Assembly (NCBI RefSeq): GCF_006345805.1
Contig: NC_043001.1
Coordinates: forward strand, 110,360,001 to 110,424,000
Reading direction: 5' to 3'
Source of the DNA: Octopus sinensis
Taxonomy: Eukaryota
DNA length: 64,000 nt
The translations under genes were made by a program, and so were the position numbers. Positions 63,560 to 64,000 of this stretch are shown in pieces. Numbering within the stretch: position 1 is the first letter of the stretch; the number at the start of each line of letters is the position of its first letter. The notes below the pieces were generated by a model, which worked only from the letters and a program-made list of their open reading frames with translations, had not been told where the DNA came from and ran no database searches.

Positions 63560-64000
63560 ACGCTCTGTAACCGTGCTTAGTAGGGGATTTTTAGAAAAAA
63601 GAATTAAAAAATAGTTCAAAATTACAGAGAAGACAGAATTCCTTGCCCTTATCATAAGGTATCGAAATTGAGAGAATTAACCAATCTAAATTACATTGTT
63701 TAATATGGACTTTTACTTGCGAAGTTAATTTACTAAGCCCTATACTGTTACGTTTATTCCTATTCCTAAATGTAGAGTAATAATTAGAAATTCTCTTAGA
63801 TAACTGAGATGTGCTGCCTATATAAAAAAAAGACTTCATTACCAGAAGTAAATATTTCATTGGTATATAGAATTTTTAATTTTAGAGTTACTTGACATAA
63901 ACGTCATTCTGTTGTAATTGACTTCAGATACAAAAACTTTATTATTAATATTTCTTGGGGGATGGATGGTAATAATAAGTTCTGTAGTCGATATGTTCGA
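63560..64000 (-). pseudogene. Penelope-like GIY-YIG endonuclease fragment
   Basis: ORF 63591..63860: FYIGST...KRISNYYSTFRN...SIGLSK...LDWLIL...PYDKGKEFCLLCNFE matches the YIG...R...LS...W.IL...C.LC..E pattern of PLE endonucleases. Confidence 0.75.

Overview
AT-rich, microsatellite-dense eukaryotic DNA with no recognisable host protein-coding gene, rRNA or true tRNA gene. The (TA)n/(CA)n/(TATC)n/(AAT)n load, together with several abundant tRNA-headed SINE families, suggests an octopus or other coleoid cephalopod genome; this is an inference and was not checked. Almost all ORFs in the supplied track are translations of simple repeats. The real coding remnants are all transposon-derived: three Penelope-like elements (one with an open 475-aa RT ORF), Dong/R4-type RLE LINE fossils, L1/Tx1-type LINE pieces, a CR1/L2-group LINE 3' end and mariner remnants. 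Non-autonomous Helitrons and at least four modular SINE families are also present. Most notable: (1) a 145-bp near-perfect palindrome whose arms each fold as a minimal hammerhead ribozyme with a swapped G3-C8 core, the two arms differing by a compensatory change in helix II; (2) further Penelope-type hammerhead variants with A6U, canonical and U4C cores; (3) a SINE family sharing its 3' end with a Tx1/L1-type LINE; (4) an amplified two-headed mariner derivative; (5) a candidate structured RNA near 35.7 kb. All calls were made by eye without database searches, so boundaries of degenerate elements are approximate.
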